Shown: positions 30,101 through 43,903, numbered from the stretch's first letter. The stretch: DNA of 56,680 nt from Nemertoderma westbladi (GCA_032718475.1 JAUCBJ010000275.1:1-56680), one strand, 5' to 3'. Made by a program: numbers and translations. Notes: a model not told the origin generated them from the letters alone.

Positions 30101-33100
30101 GGTATAATAAACAAACTGATTAACTCAGCAGGCCTTGTATTACGGCGGCCTTGGTATAATAAACAAACTGATTAACTCAGCAGGCCTTGTATTACGGCGG
30201 CCTTGGTATAATAAACAAACTGATTAACTCAGCAGGCCTTGTATTACGGCGGCCTTGGTATAATAAACAAACTGATTAACTCAGCAGGCCTTGTATTACG
30301 GCGACCTTGGTATAATAAACAAACTGATTAACTCAGCAGGCCTTGTATTACGGCGGCCTTGGTATAATAAACAAACTGATTAACTCAGCAGGCCTTGTAT
30401 TACTGCGGCCTTGGTATAAGAAACAAACTGATCAACTCAGCAGGCCTTGTATTACGGCGGCCTTGGTATAATAAACAGACTGATTAACTCAGCAGGCCTT
30501 GTATTGCGGCGGCCTTGGTATAATAAACAAACTGATTAACTCAGCAGGCCTTGTATTACGGCGTCCTTGGTATAATAAACAAACTTATTAACTCAGCAGG
30601 CCTTGTATTACGGCGGCCTTGGTATAATAAACAAACTGATTAACTCAGCAGGCCTTGTATTACTGCGGCCTTGGTATAATAAACAAACTGATTAACTCAG
30701 CAGGCCTTGTATTACGGCGGCCTTGGTATAATAAACAAACTGATTAACTCAGCAGGCCTTGTATTACGGCGGCCTTGGTATAATAAACAAACTGATTAAC
30801 TCAGCAGGCCTTGTATTACGGCGGCCTTGGTATAATAAACAAACTGATTAACTCAGCAGGCCTTGTATTACGGCGGCCTTGGTATAATAAACAAACTTAT
30901 TAACTCAGCAGGCCTTGTATTACTGCGGCCTTGGTATAATAAACAAACTGATTAACTCAGCAGGCCTTGTATTACTGCGGCCTTGGTATAATAAACAAAC
31001 TGATTAACTCAGCAGGCCTTGTATTACGGCGGCCTTGGTATAATAAACAAACTGATTAACTCACCAGGCCTTGTATTACGGCGGCCTTGGTATAATAAAC
31101 AAACTGATTATCTCAGCAGGCCTTTTATTACTGCGGCCTTGGTATAATAAACAAACTGATTAACTCAGCAGGCCTTGTATTACGGCGGCCTTGGTATAAT
31201 AAACAAACTGATTAACTCAGCAGGCCTTGTATTACGGCGGCCTTGGTATAATAAACAAACTGATTAACTCAGCAGGCCTTGTATTACTGCGGCCTTGGTA
31301 TAATAAACAAACTGATTAACTCAGCAGGCCTTGTATTACTGCGGCCTTGGTATAATAAACAAACTGATTATCTCAGCAGGCCTTTTATTACTGCGGCCTT
31401 GGTATAATAAACAAACTGATTAACTCAGCAGGCCTTGTATTACTGCGGCCTTGGTATAATAAACAAACTGATTAACTCACCAGGCCTTGTATTACGGCGG
31501 CCTTGGTATAATAAACAAACTGATTATCTCAGCAGGCCTTTTATTACTGCGGCCTTGGTATAATAAACAAACTGATTAACTCAGCAGGCCTTGTATTACG
31601 GCGGCCTTGGTATAATAAACAAACTGATTAACTCAGCAGGCCTTGTATTACTGCGGCCTTGGTATAATAAACAAACTGATTAACTCAGCAGGCCTTGTAT
31701 TACGGCGGCCTTGGTATAATAAACAAACTGATTAACTCAGCAGGCCTTGTATTACGGCGGCCTTGGTATAATAAACAAACTGATTAACTCAGCAGGCCTT
31801 GTATTACGGCGGCCTTGGTATAATAAACAAACTGATTAACTCAGCAGGCCTTGTATTACGGCGGCCTTGGTATAATAAACAAACTGATTAACTCAGCAGG
31901 CCTTGTGTTACGGCGGCCTTGGTATAATAAACAAACTGATTAACTCAGCAGGCCTTGTATTACTGCGGCCTTGGTATAATAAACAAACTGATTAACTCAG
32001 CAGGCCTTGTGTTACGGGGCCTTGGTATAATAAACAAACTGATTAACTCAGCAGGCCTTGTATTACGGCGGCCTTGGTATAATAAACAAACTGATTAACT
32101 CAGCAGGCCTTGTATTACGGCGGCCTTGGTATAATAAACAAACTGATTAACTCAGCAGGCCTTGTATTACGGCGGCCTTGGTATAATAAACAAACTGATT
32201 AACTCAGCAGGCCTTGTGTTACGGCGGCCTTGTTATAATAAACAAACTGATTAACTCAGCAGGCCTTGTATTACTGCGGCCTTGGTATAATAAACAAACT
32301 GATTAACTCAGCAGGCCTTGTATTACTGCGGCCTTGGTATAATAAACAAACTGATTATCTCAGCAGGCCTTGTATTACTGCGGCCTTGGTATAATAAACA
32401 AACTGATTAACTCAGCAGGCCTTGTATTACTGCGGCCTTGGTATAATAAACAAACTGATTAACTCAGCAGGCCTTTTATTACTGCGGCCTTGGTATAATA
32501 AACAAACTGATTAACTCAGCAGGCCTTTTATTACTGCGGCCTTGGTATAATAAACAAACTGATTAACTCAGCAGGCCTTGTATTACTGCGGCCTTGGTAT
32601 AATAAACAAACTGATTAACTCAGCAGGCCTTGTATTACTGCGGCCTTGGTATAATAAACAAACTGATTAACTCAGCAGGCCTTGTATTACGGCGGCCTTG
32701 GTATAATAAACAAACTGATTAACTTAGCAGGCCTTGTATTACGGCGGCCTTGGTATAATAAACAAACTGATTAACTCAGCAGGCCTTGCATTTCGGCGGC
32801 CTTGGTATAATAAACAAACTGATTAACTTAGCAGGCCTTGTATTACGGCGGCCTTGGTATAATAAACAAACTGATTAACTCAGCAGGCCTTGTATTACTG
32901 CGGCCTTGGTATAATAAACAAACTGATTAACTCAGCAGGCCTTGTATTACGGCGGCCTTGGTATAATAAACAAACTGATTAACTCAGCAGGCCTTGTATT
33001 ACTGCGGCCTTGGTATAATAAACAAACTGATTAACTCAGCAGGCCTTGTATTACGGCGGCCTTGGTATAATAAACAAACTGATTAACTCAGCAGGCCTTG

Positions 33101-36100
33101 TATTACGGCGGCCTTGGTATAATAAACAAACTGATTAACTCAGCAGGCCTTGTGTTACGGCGGCCTTGGTATAATAAACAAACTGATTAACTCAGCAGGC
33201 CTTGTATTACTGCGGCCTTGGTATAATAAACAAACTGATTAACTCAGCAGGCCTTGTGTTACGGGGCCTTGGTATAATAAACAAACTGATTAACTCAGCA
33301 GGCCTTTTATTACTGCGGCCTTGGTATAATAAACAAACTGATTAACTCAGCAGGCCTTGTATTACGGCGGCCTTGGTATAATAAACAAACTGATTAACTC
33401 AGCAGGCCTTGTATTACTGCGGCCTTGGTATAATAAACAAACTGATTAACTCAGCAGGCCTTGTATTACGGCGGCCTTGGTATAATAAACAAACTGATTA
33501 ACTCAGCAGGCCTTGTATTACGGCGGCCTTGGTATAATAAACAAACTGATTAACTCAGCAGGCCTTGTGTTACGGCGGCCTTGGTATAATAAACAAACTG
33601 ATTAACTCAGCAGGCCTTGTATTACTGCGGCCTTGGTATAATAAACAAACTGATTAACTCAGCAGGCCTTGTGTTACGGGGCCTTGGTATAATAAACAAA
33701 CTGATTAACTCAGCAGGCCTTTTATTACTGCGGCCTTGGTATAATAAACAAACTGATTAACTCAGCAGGCCTTTTATTACTGCGGCCTTGGTATAATAAA
33801 CAAACTGATTAACTCAGCAGGCCTTGTATTACTGCGGCCTTGGTATAATAAACAAACTGATTAACTCAGCAGGCCTTGTATTACTGCGGCCTTGGTATAA
33901 TAAACAAACTGATTAACTCAGCAGGCCTTGTATTACGGCGGCCTTGGTATAATAAACAAACTGATTAACTTAGCAGGCCTTGTATTACGGCGGCCTTGGT
34001 ATAATAAACAAACTGATTAACTCAGCAGGCCTTGTATTACGGCGGCCTTGGTATAATAAACAAACTGATTAACTTAGCAGGCCTTGTATTACGGCGGCCT
34101 TGGTATAATAAACAAACTGATTAACTCAGCAGGCCTTGTATTACTGCGGCCTTGGTATAATAAACAAACTGATTAACTCAGCAGGCCTTGTATTACGGCG
34201 GCCTTGGTATAATAAACAAACTGATTAACTCAGCAGGCCTTGTATTACTGCGGCCTTGGTATAATAAACAAACTGATTAACTCAGCAGGCCTTGTATTAC
34301 GGCGGCCTTGGTATAATAAACAAACTGATTAACTCAGCAGGCCTTGTATTACGGCGGCCTTGGTATAATAAACAAACTGATTAACTCAGCAGGCCTTGTG
34401 TTACGGCGGCCTTGGTATAATAAACAAACTGATTAACTCAGCAGGCCTTGTATTACTGCGGCCTTGGTATAATAAACAAACTGATTAACTCAGCAGGCCT
34501 TGTGTTACGGGGCCTTGGTATAATAAACAAACTGATTAACTCAGCAGGCCTTGTATTACGGCGGCCTTGGTATAATAAACAAACTGATTAACTCAGCAGG
34601 CCTTGTATTACGGCGGCCTTGGTATAATAAACAAACTGATTAACTCAGCAGGCCTTGTATTACGGCGGCCTTGGTATAATAAACAAACTGATTAACTCAG
34701 CAGGCCTTGTGTTACGGCGGCCTTGTTATAATAAACAAACTGATTAACTCAGCAGGCCTTGTATTACTGCGGCCTTGGTATAATAAACAAACTGATTAAC
34801 TCAGCAGGCCTTGTATTACTGCGGCCTTGGTATAATAAACAAACTGATTATCTCAGCAGGCCTTGTATTACTGCGGCCTTGGTATAATAAACAAACTGAT
34901 TAACTCAGCAGGCCTTGTATTACTGCGGCCTTGGTATAATAAACAAACTGATTAACTCAGCAGGCCTTTTATTACTGCGGCCTTGGTATAATAAACAAAC
35001 TGATTAACTCAGCAGGCCTTTTATTACTGCGGCCTTGGTATAATAAACAAACTGATTAACTCAGCAGGCCTTGTATTACTGCGGCCTTGGTATAATAAAC
35101 AAACTGATTAACTCAGCAGGCCTTGTATTACTGCGGCCTTGGTATAATAAACAAACTGATTAACTCAGCAGGCCTTGTATTACGGCGGCCTTGGTATAAT
35201 AAACAAACTGATTAACTTAGCAGGCCTTGTATTACGGCGGCCTTGGTATAATAAACAAACTGATTAACTCAGCAGGCCTTGTATTACGGCGGCCTTGGTA
35301 TAATAAACAAACTGATTAACTTAGCAGGCCTTGTATTACGGCGGCCTTGGTATAATAAACAAACTGATTAACTCAGCAGGCCTTGTATTACTGCGGCCTT
35401 GGTATAATAAACAAACTGATTAACTCAGCAGGCCTTGTATTACTACGGCCTTGGTATAATAAACAAACTGATTATCTCAGCAGGCCTTGTATTACTGCGG
35501 CCTTGGTATAATAAACAAACTGATTAACTCAGCAGGCCTTGTATTACGGCGGCCTTGGTATAATAAACAAACTGATTAACTTAGCAGGCCTTGTATTACG
35601 GCGGCCTTGGTATAATAAACAAACTGATTAACTCAGCAGGCCTTGTATTTCGGCGGCCTTGGTATAATAAACAAACTGATTAACTCAGCAGGCCTTGTGT
35701 TACTGCGGCATTGGTATAATAAACAAACTGATTATCTCAGCAGGCCTTTTATTACTGCGGCCTTGGTATAATAAACAAACTGATTAACTCAGCAGGCCTT
35801 GTATTACTGCGGCCTTGGTATAATAAACAAACTGATTAACTCAGCAGGCCTTGTATTACGGCGGCCTTGGTATAATAAACAAACTGATTAACTCAGCAGG
35901 CCTTGTATTACGGCGGCCTTGGTATAATAAACAAACTGATTAACTCAGCAGGCCTTGTATTACGGCGGCCTTGGTATAATAAACAAACTGATTAACTCAG
36001 CAGGCCTTGTATTACTGCGGCCTTGGTATAATAAACAAACTGATTAACTCAGCAGGCCTTGTATTACGGCGGCCTTGGTATAATAAACAAACTGATTAAC

Positions 36101-36776
36101 TCAGCAGGCCTTGTATTACGGCGGCCTTGGTATAATAAACAAACTGATTAACTCAGCAGGCCTTGTATTACTGCGGCCTTGGTATAATAAACAAACTGAT
36201 TAACTCAGCAGGCCTTGTATTACTGCGGCCTTGGTATAATAAACAAACTGATTAACTCAGCCGGCCTTGTATTACTGCGGCCTTGGTATAATAAACAAAC
36301 TGATTAACTCAGCAGGCCTTGTATTACTGCGGCCTTGGTATAATAAACAAACTGATTAACTCAGCAGGCCTTGTATTACGGCGGCCTTGGTATAATAAAC
36401 AAACTGATTAACTCAGCAGGCCTTGTATTACGGCGGCCTTGGTATAATAAACAAACTGATTAACTCAGCAGGCCTTGTATTACGGCGGCCTTGGTATAAT
36501 AAACAAACTGATTAACTCAGCAGGCCTTGTATTACGGCGGCCTTGGTATAATAAACAAACTGATTAACTCAGCAGGCCTTGTATTACTGCGGCCTTGGTA
36601 TAATAAACAAACTGATTAACTCAGCAGGCCTTGTATTACGGCGGCCTTGGTATAATAAACAAACTGATTAACTCAGCAGGCCTTGTATTACGGCGACCTT
36701 GGTATAATAAACAAACTGATTAACTCAGCAGGCCTTGTATTACGGCGGCCTTGGTATAATAAACAAACTGATTAAC
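170..36776. repeat. 52-bp tandem satellite, ~700 monomers, consensus CAAACTGATTAACTCAGCAGGCCTTGTATTAC(G/T)GCGGCCTTGGTATAATAAA
   Basis: Period read directly (AAACTGAT at 171 and 223). Head-to-tail, no spacers. The array starts and ends on CAAACTGATTAAC. One common G/T dimorphic site, rare SNVs and occasional 1-bp deletions. Copy number estimated as length/52. Confidence 0.99.
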
Positions 36777-37098
36777 CGGTATGCGGAGTTCATCACATGG
36801 GTTCGGCGAAAGTTGAACTTCGCGTTGTTGCGTTCGGCCCTCATGTGTCTCCGTGGACACCGGTCGGCTGCTAGACGACCCATTCGCTGCACAAATTCAG
36901 TTGCAGACATAGCCATTGTGCATGCGAATGCAGAAGTTGCCCCACCGCCGTAGACCACAACGAGTGCAGACAAGACCGTGAAGAAACTGATGTTAATGAT
37001 TTTTTTTGTGTAACTCTATAAATAATTTTTGTTCTTGTAATAATTTTCAACTATGTGAATTTGTTCTATTTATTAGCTAGTAAATAAATTTACACCAT
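36777..37098 (+). mobile_element. Severely 5'-truncated CRE-clade (RLE) non-LTR retrotransposon, family A: ORF C-terminus plus 3' UTR
   Basis: 36777-36953 reads RYAEFITWVRRKLNFALLRSALMCLRGHRS...*, matching the CRE-type C-terminal motif YxxxxxWxRxxLxFALLRSxxxCLRGxR and the end of the ORF at 43170-43673. AT-rich 3' UTR with AATAAA at 37083-37088, ending at the first base of the hexamer array. No TSD or A-tail visible. Confidence 0.85.
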
Positions 37099-40000
37099 CC
37101 TGTACTTGTACTTGTACCCGTACCTGTACTTAGACCTGTACCTGTACTTAGACCTGTACCTGTACTTATACCTGTACCTGTACTTAGACCTGTACTTAGA
37201 CCTGTACTTAGACCTGTACCCGTACCTGTACTTAGACCTGTACCCGTACCTGTACCTGTACTTAGACCTGTACCCGTACCTGTACCTGTACTTAGACCTG
37301 TACCTGTACTTAGACCTGTACCTGTACTTAGACCTGTACCCGTACCTGTACCTGTACTTAGACCTGTACCCGTACCTGTACCTGTACTTAGACCTGTACC
37401 CGTACCTGTACCTGTACTTAGACCTGTACTTGTACCTGTACTTAGACCTGTACCTGTACTTATACCTGTACCTGTACTTAGACCTGTACCTGTACTTAGA
37501 CCTGTACCCGTACCTGTACCTGTACTTAGACCTGTACCTGTACTTAGACCTGTACCTGTACTTAGACCTGTACCCGTACCTGTACTTAGACCTGTACCTG
37601 TACCCGTACCTGTACTTAGACCTGTACCTGTACTTAGACCTGTACTTAGACCTGTACCCGTACCTGTACTTAGACCTGTACCAGTACCTGTACTTAGACC
37701 TGTACCCGTACCAGTACCTGTACTTAGACCTGTACTTGTACCTGTACTTAGACCTGTACTTGTACTTAGACCTGTACCTGTACTTAGACCTGTACTTGTA
37801 CTTGTACCTGTACCCGTACTTAGACCTGTACCCGTACCAGTACCTGTACTTAGACCTGTACTTGTACCTGTACTTAGACCTGTACTTGTACTTAGACCTG
37901 TACCTGTACTTAGACCTGTACTTGTACTTGTACCTGTACCAGTACCTGTACTTAGACCTGTACTTAGACCAGTACCCGTACCTGTACTTGTACCCGTACC
38001 TGTACCTGTACTTAGACCTGTACCCGTACCTGTACCTGTACTTAGACCTGTACCCGTACCTGTACCTGTACTTAGACCTGTACTTGTACCTGTACTTAGA
38101 CCTGTACTTAGACCAGTACCCGTACCTGTACTTGTACCCGTACCTGTACCTGTACTTAGACCTGTACCCGTACCTGTACCTAGACCTGTACTTGTACTTG
38201 TACCTGTACCAGTACCTGTACTTAGACCTGTACTTAGACCAGTACCCGTACCTGTACTTGTACCCGTACCTGTACCTGTACTTAGACCTGTACCCGTACC
38301 TGTACCTGTACTTAGACCTGTACCCGTACCTGTACCTGTACTTAGACCTGTACTTGTACCTGTACTTAGACCTGTACTTAGACCAGTACCCGTACCTGTA
38401 CTTGTACCCGTACCTGTACCTGTACTTAGACCTGTACCCGTACCTGTACCTAGACCTGTACTTGTACCTGCACTTAGACCTGTACCTGTACTTAGACCTG
38501 TACCCGTACCTGTACTTAGACCTGTATCCGTACCTGTACCTGTACTTAGACCTGTACTTGTACCTGTACTTAGACCTGTACCTGTACTTAGACCTGTACC
38601 CGTACCTGTACTTAGACCTGTATCCGTACCTGTACCTGTACTTAGACCTGTACCTGTACCTGTACTTAGACCTGTACCTGTACTTAGACCTGTACCCGTA
38701 CCTGTACTTAGATCTGTACCTGTACTTAGACCTGTACCCGTACCAGTACCTGTACTTAGACCTGTACCCGTACATGTACTTAGACCTGTACCTGTACTTA
38801 GACCTGTACCCGTACCTGTACCTGTACTTAGACCTGTACCCGTACCTGTACCTGTACTTAGACCTGTACCTGTACCCGTACCTGTACTTAGACCTGTACT
38901 TGTACCTGTACCTGTACTTAGACCTGTACCCGTACCTGTACTTAGACCTATACCTGTACTTAGACCTGTACCCGTACCTGTACCTGTACTTAGACCTGTA
39001 CCCGTACATGTACCTGTACTTAGACCTGTATTTGTACCTGCAGCTGTACCAGTACCTGTACCTGTACTTAGACCTGTACTTGTACCTGCACCTGTACCAG
39101 TACCCGTACCTGCACCTGTACTTAGACCTGTATTTGTACCTGCAGCTGTACCAGTACCTGTACCTGTACTTGTACCTGTACGTGTACCTGACCCATACCT
39201 GTACCCGTACCTGTACCAGTACCTGTACCTGTACTTAGACCTGTACCTGTACTTAGACCTGTACTTGTACCTGTACCTGTACTTAGACCTGTACCTGTAC
39301 TTAGACCTGTACTTGTACTCGTACCTGTACTTAGACCTGTACTTGTACCTGTACCTGTACTTAGACCTGTACCTGTACTTAGACCTGTACCCGTACCTGT
39401 ACCTGTACCTGTACTTAGACCTGTACTTGTACCTGTACCTGTACTTAGACCTGTACCTGTACTTAGACCTGTACTTGTACTCGTACCTGTACTTAGACCT
39501 GTACTTGTACCTGTACCTGTACTTAGACCTGTACCCGTACCTGTACTTAGACCTGTACCTGTACTTAGACCTGTACTTGTACCTGCACTTAGACCTGTAC
39601 CTGTACTTAGACCTGTACCCGTACCTGTACTTAGACCTGTACTTGTACCTGTACCTGTACTTAGACCTGTACTTGTACCTGTACCTGTACTTAGACCTGT
39701 ACCTGTACTTAGACCTGTACCCGTACCTGTACTTAGATCTGTACCTGTACTTAGACCTGTACCCGTACCAGTACCTGTACTTAGACCTGTACTTGTACCT
39801 GCACTTAGACCTGTACCTGTACTTAGACCTGTACCCGTACCTGTACTTAGACCTGTACTTGTACCTGTACCTGTACTTAGACCTGTACCTGTACTTAGAC
39901 CTGTACCCGTACCTGTACTTAGATCTGTACCTGTACTTAGACCTGTACCCGTACCAGTACCTGTACTTAGACCTGTACTTGTACCTGCACTTAGACCTGT

Positions 40001-43000
40001 ACTTGTACCTGTACCTGTACTTAGACCTGTACCTGTACTTAGACCTGTACCCGTACCAGTACCTGTACCTGTACTTAGACCTGTACCCGTACCAGTACCT
40101 GTACTTAGACCTGTACTTGTACCTGCACTTAGACCTGTACCTGTACTTAGACCTGTACCCGTACCTGTACTTAGACCTGTACTTGTACCTGTACCTGTAC
40201 CTGTACCTGTACTTAGACCTGTACTTGTACCTGCACTTAGACCTGTACCTGTACTTAGACCTGTACTCGTACCTGTACTTAGACCTGTACTTGTACCTGT
40301 ACCTGTACTTAGACCTGTACCTGTACTTGTACCTGTACCTGTACTTAGACCTGTACTTGTACCTGTACCTGTACTTAGACCTGTACCTGTACTTAGACCT
40401 GTACCCGTACCTGTACTTAGATCTGTACCTGTACTTAGACCTGTACCCGTACCAGTACCTGTACTTAGACCTGTACTTGTACCTGCACTTAGACCTGTAC
40501 CTGTACTTAGACCTGTACCCGTACCTGTACTTAGACCTGTACTTGTACCTGTACCTGTACTTAGACCTGTACCTGTACTTAGACCTGTACCCGTACCTGT
40601 ACCTGTACTTAGACCCGTACCTGTACCTGTACTTAGACCTGTACTTGTACCTGTACCTGTACTTAGACCTGTACCTGTACCTGTACTTAGACCTGTACCC
40701 GTACCTGTACATAGACCTGTACCCGTACCTAGACCTGTACTTAGACCTGTACTTGTACCTGTACCCGTACCTGTACTTAGACCTGTACCTGTACTTAGAC
40801 CTGTACTTGTACTTGAGACCTGTAGCTGTACTTAGACGTGTACTTGTACCTGTACCCGTACCTGTACTTAGACCTGTACCCGTACCTGTACATAGACCTG
40901 TACCCGTACCTAGACCTGTACCTGTACTTAGACCTGTACCCGTACCTGTACCTAGACCTGTACCCGTACCTGTACTTAGACCTGTACCTGTACTTAGACC
41001 TGTACCTGTACTTAGACCTGTACCCGTACCTGTACTTAGACCTGTACTTGTACCTGTACCTGTACTTAGACCTGTACTTGTACCTGTACTTAGACCTGTA
41101 CCTGTACTTAGACCTGTACCCGTACCTGTACTTAGATCTGTACCTGTACTTAGACCTGTACCCGTACCAGTACCTGTACTTAGACCTGTACTTGTACCTG
41201 CACTTAGACCTGTACCTGTACTTAGACCTGTACCCGTACCTGTACTTAGACCTGTACCTGTACTTAGACCTGTACCTGTACTTAGACCTGTACTTAGACC
41301 TGTACTTGTACCTGTACCTGTACTTAGACCTGTACCTGTACTTAGACCTGTACCTGTACTTAGACCTGTACCCGTACCTGTACCTGTACTTAGACCCGTA
41401 CCTGTACCTGTACTTAGACCTGTACCCGTACCAGTACCTGTACTTAGACTTGTACCTGTACCTGTACTTAGACCTGTACCTGTACTTAGACCTGTACTTG
41501 TACTCGTACCTGTACTTAGACCTGTACTTGTACCTGTACTTAGACCTGTACCTGTACTTAGACCTGTACTTGTACCTGCACTTAGACCTGTACCTGCACT
41601 TAGACCTGTACCTGTACTTAGACCTGTACCCGTACCTGTACTTAGACCTGTACTTGTACCTGTACCTGTACTTAGACCTGTACTTGTACCTGTACTTAGA
41701 CCTGTACCTGTACTTAGACCTGTACCCGTACCTGTACTTAGATCTGTACCTGTACTTAGACCTGTACCCGTACCAGTACCTGTACTTAGACCTGTACTTG
41801 TACCTGCACTTAGACCTGTACCTGTACTTAGACCTGTACCCGTACCTGTACTTAGACCTGTACTTGTACCTGTACCTGTACCTGTACCTGTACCTGTACT
41901 TAGACCTGTACCTGTACTTAGACCTGTACCCGTACCTGTACTTAGACCTGTACTTGTACCTGTACCTGTACCTGTACCTGTACCTGTACTTAGACCTGTA
42001 CCTGTACTTAGACCTGTACCTGTACTTAGACCTGTACCTGTACTTAGACCTGTACCCGTACCTGTACCTGTACTTAGACCCGTACCTGTACCTGTACTTA
42101 GACCTGTACCCGTACCAGTACCTGTACTTAGACTTGTACCTGTACCTGTACTTAGACCTGTACCTGTACTTAGACCTGTACCCGTACCTGTACTTAGATC
42201 TGTACCTGTACTTAGACCTGTACCCGTAAATGTACCTGTACATAGACCTGTACTTGTACCCGTACCTGTACCAGTACGTGTACCTGTACCTGTACCAGTA
42301 CCTGTACTTAGACCTGTACTTGTACCTGCACCTGTACCAGTACCCGTACCTGTACCTGTACTTAGACATGTACTTGTACCTGCACCTGTACCAGTACCCG
42401 TACCTGTACTTAGACCTGTACCCGTACCAGTACCTGTACTTAGACCTGTACTTGTACCTGTACTTAGACCTGTACCTGTACTTAGACCTGTACTTGTACC
42501 TGTACCTGTACGTGTACCTGTACCCATACCTGTACCCATACCTGTACCAGTACTTGTACCTTTACTTAGACCTGTACTTGTACCTGCACCTGTACCAGTA
42601 CTCATACCTGTACCAGTACTTGTACCAGTACGTGTACCTGTACCCATACCTGTACCCGTACCAGTACCTTTACTTAGACCTGTACTTGTACCTGCACCTG
42701 TACCAGTACTCATACCTGTACCAGTACCTGTACTTGTACCAGTACGTGTACCTGTACCCATACCTGTACTTGTACCAGTACCTGTACTTGTACCTGTACC
42801 CATACCTGTACCCGTACCTGCATCTGTACCTGTACCCGTACCTGTACTTAGACCTGTACCCGTACCTGCACCTGTACTTGTACCCGTACCTGTATCTGTA
42901 CCCGTACCTGTATATGTACCTGTACCAGTACCTGTACCAGTACGTGTACCTGTACCAGTACCTGTACTTAGACCTGTACTTGTACCTGTACCAGTACCTG

Positions 43001-43169
43001 TACTTGTACCAGTACGTGTACCTGTACCTGTACCTATACCAGTACCAGTACGTGTACCTGTACCTGTACCTGTACTTAGACCTGTACTTGTACATGCACC
43101 TGTACCTGTACTTGTACCAGTACCTGTACCAGTACGTGTACCTGTACCTGTACCAGTACCTGTACTTAG
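37099..43169. repeat. Degenerate hexamer array (CCTGTA)n with CTTAGA, CCCGTA, CTTGTA, CCAGTA, CCTGCA, CGTGTA variants; left arm
   Basis: 6-bp periodicity read directly. Phase is broken only by a 1-bp deletion near 39190 and a 1-bp insertion near 40815. Confidence 0.98.
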
Positions 43170-43673
43170 GAAGGCGAGGAGTTCCGGTTGGCCGGCACCA
43201 CCCGCGAACCGGACGCCCGTCTCGATGTCGCCGCCAGTGGATTATGGGGAGGTCGTTTCGAAAGGATTTACGTCGACGTGAAGATTTTCAACCCTCTATG
43301 CGCGTCGAACCCTCGTTCCATTCCCTCCGCATACAGAAAACACGAAGGCGACAAGCGGAGAAAGTACGAGGAGCGAGTGAACTCGATCGAGCACGCCGGA
43401 TTCGTGCCCTTCGTCATGGCGACGACGGGTGGAGCCAGCCGAAGTGCGCATGCCATCATAAACCGGATCGCACTTATAATATCCGAAAAGAGAAACTCTC
43501 CCTATTCAAAGACTGTGCCCCTTATAAGAACCCGGTTGAACTTCGCTCTTCTCCGGTCTTCAATTATGTGTCTACGGGGGGTTAGGACTCCAAAACAGAA
43601 ACGCCTAATCCAACCCTTCCGTGACATAGGGATGGAGTGCGCGGCGACTGAGGGGTTAAACGGGGACATCTAA
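43170..43673 (+). pseudogene. Partial ORF (167 codons, no start) encoding the C-terminal restriction-like endonuclease of the CRE element
   Basis: No stops or frameshifts. The frame extends 6 codons upstream of the track's TTG start, right up to the insertion junction. No reverse transcriptase or zinc-knuckle is present, so the copy is non-autonomous. Confidence 0.85.
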
Positions 43674-43903
43674 GGGTTCTGGTAACTGGCCGCGAATATG
43701 GATAACAATAGTGTAACTGGAGAAAGAAGGTGGACAAAGAAATGATAACTTCTTATTGATGCTACTTATTGGACCTTCTTTTAATATTAACTATTTTAAT
43801 AATTTTGTAACTTTAATACAGTACGTTGATTTTATCAGTTCGTGCTACTACTACGGCAACATATTACGTTCTTTTGAATAAAAAGTGGAGTATCAGAAAA
43901 AAA
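43170..43903 (+). mobile_element. 5'-truncated CRE-clade non-LTR retrotransposon, family B: RLE domain, 3' UTR, short A-tail, flanked by TSD
   Basis: Open frame from 43170 to the stop at 43673: [42 protein letters not shown]...HEGDKRRKYEERV...EHAGFVPFVMATTGG...RLNFALLRSSIMCLRG, the PD-(D/E)xK-type RLE layout of CRE-like elements. AATAAA at 43877-43882, A7 at 43897-43903. (A)CCTGTACTTAG duplicated at 43158-43169 and 43903-43914. Confidence 0.92.

Noticed and set aside
170-36776. CRISPR-like regularity of the 52-mer (and of the 41-mer)
   Set aside because: There are no unique spacers and no cas genes, and the context is eukaryotic.
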